Below, piece by piece: positions 61,006-64,000 of a DNA stretch of 64,000 nt. Within the stretch, counting starts at the first letter, position 1, and each line of letters opens with the position of its first letter. The DNA is from Selaginella moellendorffii (taxonomy: Eukaryota; Plantae; Lycopodiophyta): positions 4,834,389 to 4,898,388 of the forward strand of contig NW_003314262.1 in assembly GCF_000143415.4 (NCBI RefSeq), in the 5' to 3' direction. Position numbers and translations under genes: made by a program. The notes under the pieces are model-generated. The model saw only the letters and a program-made list of their open reading frames with translations. It was not told where the DNA came from and did no database searches.

Positions 61006-64000
61006 TTATAGTCAACAACTTGGAGGTCTGGAAGACCAAGTACCTCTTGGCAACTCTGTTAAGGTGCCAAGGTGAGATCACTAGGTGATCTTATGGCCAG
61101 AAAAGGACAAGGTCCTTGGTTGGCTAAGGAATGAAGTTCCTGGTTCAAAATGTTGAAATTGAACTGTTTAAGGTGGTGTGGCTTGGTCGTGATAACCAAG
61201 TGGGAAGAGCACCTAAGTCAAATAAACTATGTCCGTGCGATGGCATAGTGAGTCCGAGGAAAGTAGTCTCTATAAAAGACCCATGGGAGGGTCACGAAGT
61301 TGGGCCGTGGATAGAGCCCATAGCAGAAGATGCTAAAGAGACGTACTAGGGGTGAACATCCTCCGGACTTGGCAAAGAAGAGTCTTTGCTATGGAACAGA
61401 AACAATACCTCAAGGAGGGAGGTAGAGATTCGATGTTGCTTGGTGCAACAATCAACGGATAGGAGCAAAAGATGAGTGGCCAAGATAGGGCCGTGGAATC
61501 CATTGGAAGGAATCCAAGTGACAAAGTTAGGCGAGGAACACTAATGTGTTGGACGCTAACGAGTTGCAGGAAAGGAAGTGTGTTTCCAAGGAGGGATTCC
61601 GAAATGCTCCGATTTGGCAAAAGTGGAAGCTCCAAGGGAGGGAGCGGTAAGGTAGCCAAATGATAGGGCCATGAACAGCCCTAGCACAAAGCATGATAAC
61701 TGGAACTTTGACACGAAATAGAAGAGAGGATGATGGTGCCCTCGAGTAGAGAACTTCCTAGGATGGGAAGTGGAGTTGCACAAAAGGTGCAAGGCAAGGT
61801 GTCGAAGACACCTAGGAAATCGACTCCAAGAAGTCAAAATTCAAAGTTCCAAAGTGCAAAGGTTATATCGATGGAAATTGAGACTACTCGAGAAGGAGTA
61901 GTGGGATTGACTTAGAGAAGGGTCTCTAAGAGGTTTAGCGAGAACTAAACCAATAAAACGAGAGAACCACTATATGTGGTCCAATCAGTCTCTAAGTTGG
62001 AAAGACTACCCTCCTTAGAGGATATGCAAAAGGCATGGTGAGCCTTCAATGTCCAACCATTGATGAATATGGAGAAGGCATGGTGAGCCTTCAATGTCAC
62101 ACCATTGACAAATATTGGCTACGCGCCAAGGATTGAAATGGTAACACATGCGGGTGTTACTTTATAAAATGGTTCACCGTTCGATGAGGACATCGAACTT
62201 CGTCTATGGGTGGTGGAGTTGTGAGACACAAAATCCCTAGGCCCCAAAGTGGAGCTGGAAGGGCGCCACATGGTAGTGGCCGAAGCGAGAGCCAAACGAG
62301 CGTAACACGTTTGGACCAAAAGCTCCGACTTGAAAAGTCAAGAGCGGGAGTGGAACTCCCAACGAAGTGCTCGAGGAACGAGCACGAAGAGAGCAAAAGG
62401 CGAGGCTCCAAAAAGGGACCCAAAAGGACCAACACATGACACGTGGGAGTGTCCGAGATGGACTCGAGATGGAGTCCGAAGTGGAGTCCGAGGTGGACCC
62501 GAGATGGACCCGAGTTGGAGTCCGAAGTGGAGTCCGAGATGGAGTCCGAGATGGAGTCCGAGATGGAGTCCGAGTTGGAGTCCGAGGTGGACCCGAGATG
62601 GACCCGAGTTGGAGTCCGAAGTGGAGTCCGAGATGGACCCAAGATGGAGTCCGAGATGGAGTCCGAGATGGAGTCCGAGGTGGACCCGAGATGGACCCGA
62701 GATGGAGTCCGAGATGGACCCGAGATGGACCCGAGATGGAGTCCGAGATGGAGTCCAAGATGGAGTCCGAGATGGAGTCCGAAGTCGAGACCGAGACCGG
62801 AACCGAGACCGGGACCGAGACCGAGACCGAGACCGAGATCGGGACCGAGACCGAGACCGAGGCCGAGGCCAAGACCGAGCCCGAGCCCGAGTCCGAGTCC
62901 GAATCCGAATCCGAGTCCGAGTCCGAGTCCGAGTCCGAGTCCGAGTCCGAGTCCGGAGCCTGAGAGGGTGAAAGCCCAAAGCGTTCGTCTCCCAGACCCT
63001 GGGGGGTTTGGTGAGCTCCAAAAGTATAGTAGGGGGAGGACTGCAGTGGAGCCAATTTGGCCAGGAAAGGCCAGTTTGGCCCAGGAAGGCCAGACCCAGT
63101 GTTGGGTGATGAACTGACCACTGGGAAGTCCAAGACTAGAGTGAATACGGACCGACAAGCGGGGTAGCTTGGTGAAGTGTTCAAGAGCCGGCTCTAGTTC
63201 CCCCGGGAGATCGACTAGCCGATGCTCCCAGTCCAAGTGTGGGTGGCACTACCTACTTGGATACCAGGCGTGGCTCAACGGAACCTCGCTCTAAGCCCAT
63301 GGCTAGAGCACCTAAAGGCGATAGGTGGGGAGAGTACCCAGGTGGCTCGCGTAAGGCCACGGTGTTCCGAAATGTCGTCCCAAAGGCCCAGACTGTGGAA
63401 AGGAAGAGGAGCAGTCCTCTGGGGTAGTGACCAAGGACACAGTCATGTGGTGAGGAAGTCCCAGAGGACCGTGGGACTTAGTGGTCGGGCCTGTGGGCCT
63501 TGATCCAGTGGCAGTGTTGGCAAACACGGCCAGGGGCAGAAAGGGACTTGGTAGGAACTGACAAAGGGACTTTGGGGAAGGCGATTCCCCAGGTCTGTGA
63601 ACATCCTAAGGATGCTAAGGAGTGGATCTAGGATGACCCCTCGTAGACAGATGGCCCAGTTTTGGAGAGACGGGATGGTGATGCAAGTGGTATTGGACCA
63701 TTTGCGCAGCAAAGGTGAATGGGCATGGCCTTAGCGTAACGGGCCGAGATGTCAGTGGTACCTTTGGGTGTCAGTCATGGGATCGGACACGTGGAGCACT
63801 TGGACCAAGTGCAAAGGTTGAGTGGCATGGATGCCATTCTCGGGGCTAGCAAGCCCCAAGTCCTGAATGGGACTTATGGAGGTTGTGAATGAGACTCCTC
63901 CAAGTGGTCGAAGGTGTGGTTAAGTGACTAAAGTAGAATGGAAAAATTTAGTCGCTTACACCTACCTATAAAATTAATCAATAGAGAAATTATGTTTCAC

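Larger units (their letters stand above)
55115..63960 (+). mobile_element. Family C copy 3, young tandem arrangement (3' internal - LTR - internal - LTR)
   Basis: LTRs 56401-58119 and 62220-63960 are nearly identical apart from minisatellite length. The middle LTR has both a PPT before and a PBS after. 55115-56400 duplicates 61012-62219. Confidence 0.9.

Overview
Plant nuclear DNA, inferred to be lycophyte (Selaginella-like) from very short introns, compact gene spacing, a nuclear accD and a Tcn1-type chromovirus. The first ~4.8 kb is genic: a DRMY1-like Myb gene, an intronless nuclear accD with a transit-peptide-like extension, and a P-loop NTPase pseudogene. The remaining ~59 kb is nested transposons whose borders and target-site duplications (TSDs) can mostly be read directly. 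These include a non-coding large LTR family ('C', LTRs with GAGTCC/GAGATG tandem repeats; three elements and two solo LTRs), a second non-coding LTR element ('B'), a self-priming Tcn1-like chromovirus and its solo LTR, a Sola-like TIR transposon carrying a repeated 22-bp palindrome, 5S-bearing Cassandra-type TRIMs, a 650-bp inverted repeat and degenerate non-chromovirus remnants. The most striking observation is a Ty3/gypsy chromovirus pol (35169-38921) whose integrase is split by two clean GT-AG introns (47 and 52 bp). It lies inside a TSD-bounded unit with Cassandra LTRs and shares a covarying multi-hairpin 3' module, PPT and LTR promoter core with the non-autonomous C family.
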